DNA of 64,000 nucleotides from Balanoglossus misakiensis (lineage: Eukaryota; Animalia; Hemichordata). Positions within the stretch are counted from its first letter, which is position 1. Each line of letters starts with the position of its first letter. The notes beneath the pieces are model-generated. The model saw nothing but the letters and a program-made list of their open reading frames with translations, was not told where the DNA came from and did not search any database. A program made the position numbers and the translations under genes. The stretch spans positions 248,001 to 312,000 of the forward strand of contig JBECUI020000027.1 in assembly GCA_040954595.2 (NCBI GenBank), read 5' to 3'. This document shows positions 62,929-64,000 of the stretch, piece by piece.

Positions 62929-63006
62929 TCTCCGCCGTAGGCGGAGAGCCGGAGCGAAGCGTAGCCCAGAGCAGCCCGACCCCCGCCGATAGGCGGGGGG
63001 AACACC
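62929..63006. repeat. GC-rich double-hairpin element (REP/MITE-like)
   Basis: TCTCCGCC-GTA-GGCGGAGA (62929-62947) and CCCCCGCC-GATA-GGCGGGGG (62980-62999), linked by GGAGCGAAGCGTAGCCC...GCAGCCCGA. Confidence 0.65.
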
Positions 63007-63076
63007 CTTATTCATAATATAAGCTTGGGAAAAGGAATTTCTGGTATTTCTCTTTGTTAACTGCTATAGTGTTTTT

Positions 63077-64000
63077 GTGGAATCGATAGATATTTCTTCT
63101 ACAGTGAAGTCCCTGCAATACGGGGAGAATATTTTCCATGAGCTTATGCGCTGGCGTATCCGCCGTATTCTTCTGGTGCTTCCCCATTATGATGCCTGGA
63201 TTCTCGAATATGATGCGAAGCTTTCCGAACAGATTGTGGGGGAGTACCACCAACTCAACTTAACCACAGTGCCCCGGCTGATAACCGTTCCCGATGGGAA
63301 AATGGCTTTGGAACTTCTCGCGGAGAAGACTTTTGAGCTGATGATTATTGGGATGAGAGTGGGTGAAATGCATCCCTATATTCTGGCAAGAGAGGCCAAG
63401 AAGTTACAACCCGAGCTGGTGGCTCTGCTTCTTTATCCTTCTCGCAGCGATCTGGCGGCTCTGCCGTGGAATCCCGAGATGGCAGGGGCAATGGATGCCT
63501 CTTTCCTGTGGGGGGGGGATTCCCGCCTTTTGTTGGCCATGATTAAGTTCGTGGAGGATATGAAGAACGCCCCTAGTGATACTAAAGAGGGCTTGGTGGG
63601 GGTTCTCCTGGTGGTAGAAGATTCGGTTCCTTTTTATTCGGTCTACCTTCCCCTGCTTTACGGAGAGGTGATGAGGCAAACTCAACGCCTGATTGCTGAA
63701 GAAATGAACGATACGGATAAGTACTACCGTATGCGTACCCGTCCCAAGGTTCTCCTGGCGCGGCATTGGGAAGAGGCGGTGTCCCTTACTAAGAGGTATG
63801 GGGATGTTCTTCTGGGGGTGATTTCTGATATTGAATTTCGCCGCAATGGTGAGATGGATTCCCAGGCGGGTTTTCTTTTTCTGGAGGATTTAAGAAAACG
63901 GGTCCAGGGGGTTCCAGTGCTTTTGCAGTCCTCTGATGCCGAACGGCGTGAGGAGGCCTACAACCATGGGACGAGTTTCCAAACAAAGGGGGCTCGGGAT
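63077..64000 (+). CDS. Receiver-domain-containing PEP/pyruvate-binding (PPDK-like) protein, partial
   Basis: Hand translation: FHELMRWRIRRILLV...YDAWILE.D...GEYHQLNL..VPR...AMIKFVED..N...LLVVEDS..FYS.YLPLLY...MRTRPKVLLA...GVISD. Runs off the window. Confidence 0.8.
   Translation, partial: MESIDISSTVKSLQYGENIFHELMRWRIRRILLVLPHYDAWILEYDAKLSEQIVGEYHQLNLTTVPRLITVPDGKMALELLAEKTFELMIIGMRVGEMHPYILAREAKKLQPELVALLLYPSRSDLAALPWNPEMAGAMDASFLWGGDSRLLLAMIKFVEDMKNAPSDTKEGLVGVLLVVEDSVPFYSVYLPLLYGEVMRQTQRLIAEEMNDTDKYYRMRTRPKVLLARHWEEAVSLTKRYGDVLLGVISDIEFRRNGEMDSQAGFLFLEDLRKRVQGVPVLLQSSDAERREEAYNHGTSFQTKGARD

Noticed and set aside
61768-62992. Overlapping repeat-protein ORFs (333, 196, 120, 104 and 94 aa)
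   Set aside because: The unit is not a multiple of 3 and lacks + strand stops, so all frames stay open and cycle through the same three peptides. The equivalent strand of homologous array A contains stops.

Overview
This is a 64-kb chromosomal window from a spirochaete. The assignment rests on a P83/100-family protein, FapA, a fused PyrBI, tRNA-Arg(UCG) and a groEL with no adjacent groES. Housekeeping content: argR-argC-argB with a tandem ARG box, fapA-birA, groEL, yajC-secD-secF, thrS, rarA, a four-tRNA cluster, tig-clpP-clpX-lon, a TolC/MFP/RND efflux operon, tRNA-Ile2 and a livKHMGF operon. The liv operon is interrupted by an AT-rich proline cassette (dead P5C dehydrogenase, proC, putP). 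There is also a complete oxidative ornithine (Stickland) cluster, ord-ortAB-oraSE-or1-orr, with divergent alr and an NhaC-type transporter. Its racemase appears fused to a catalytically dead arginase-like domain. Many conserved genes carry 1-bp indels in homopolymers, most likely long-read consensus errors. The main unexplained signal is one DNA repeat family built on TAAGAAGAATCTG. It forms two homologous 40-41-bp tandem arrays in inverted orientation bracketing the whole ornithine module. It also occurs as a 20-bp inverted pair around a Zn-ribbon/HTH ORF, as a palindrome and hairpins in intergenic regions, and once inside a gene. It is not CRISPR-like and its function cannot be determined from this window.
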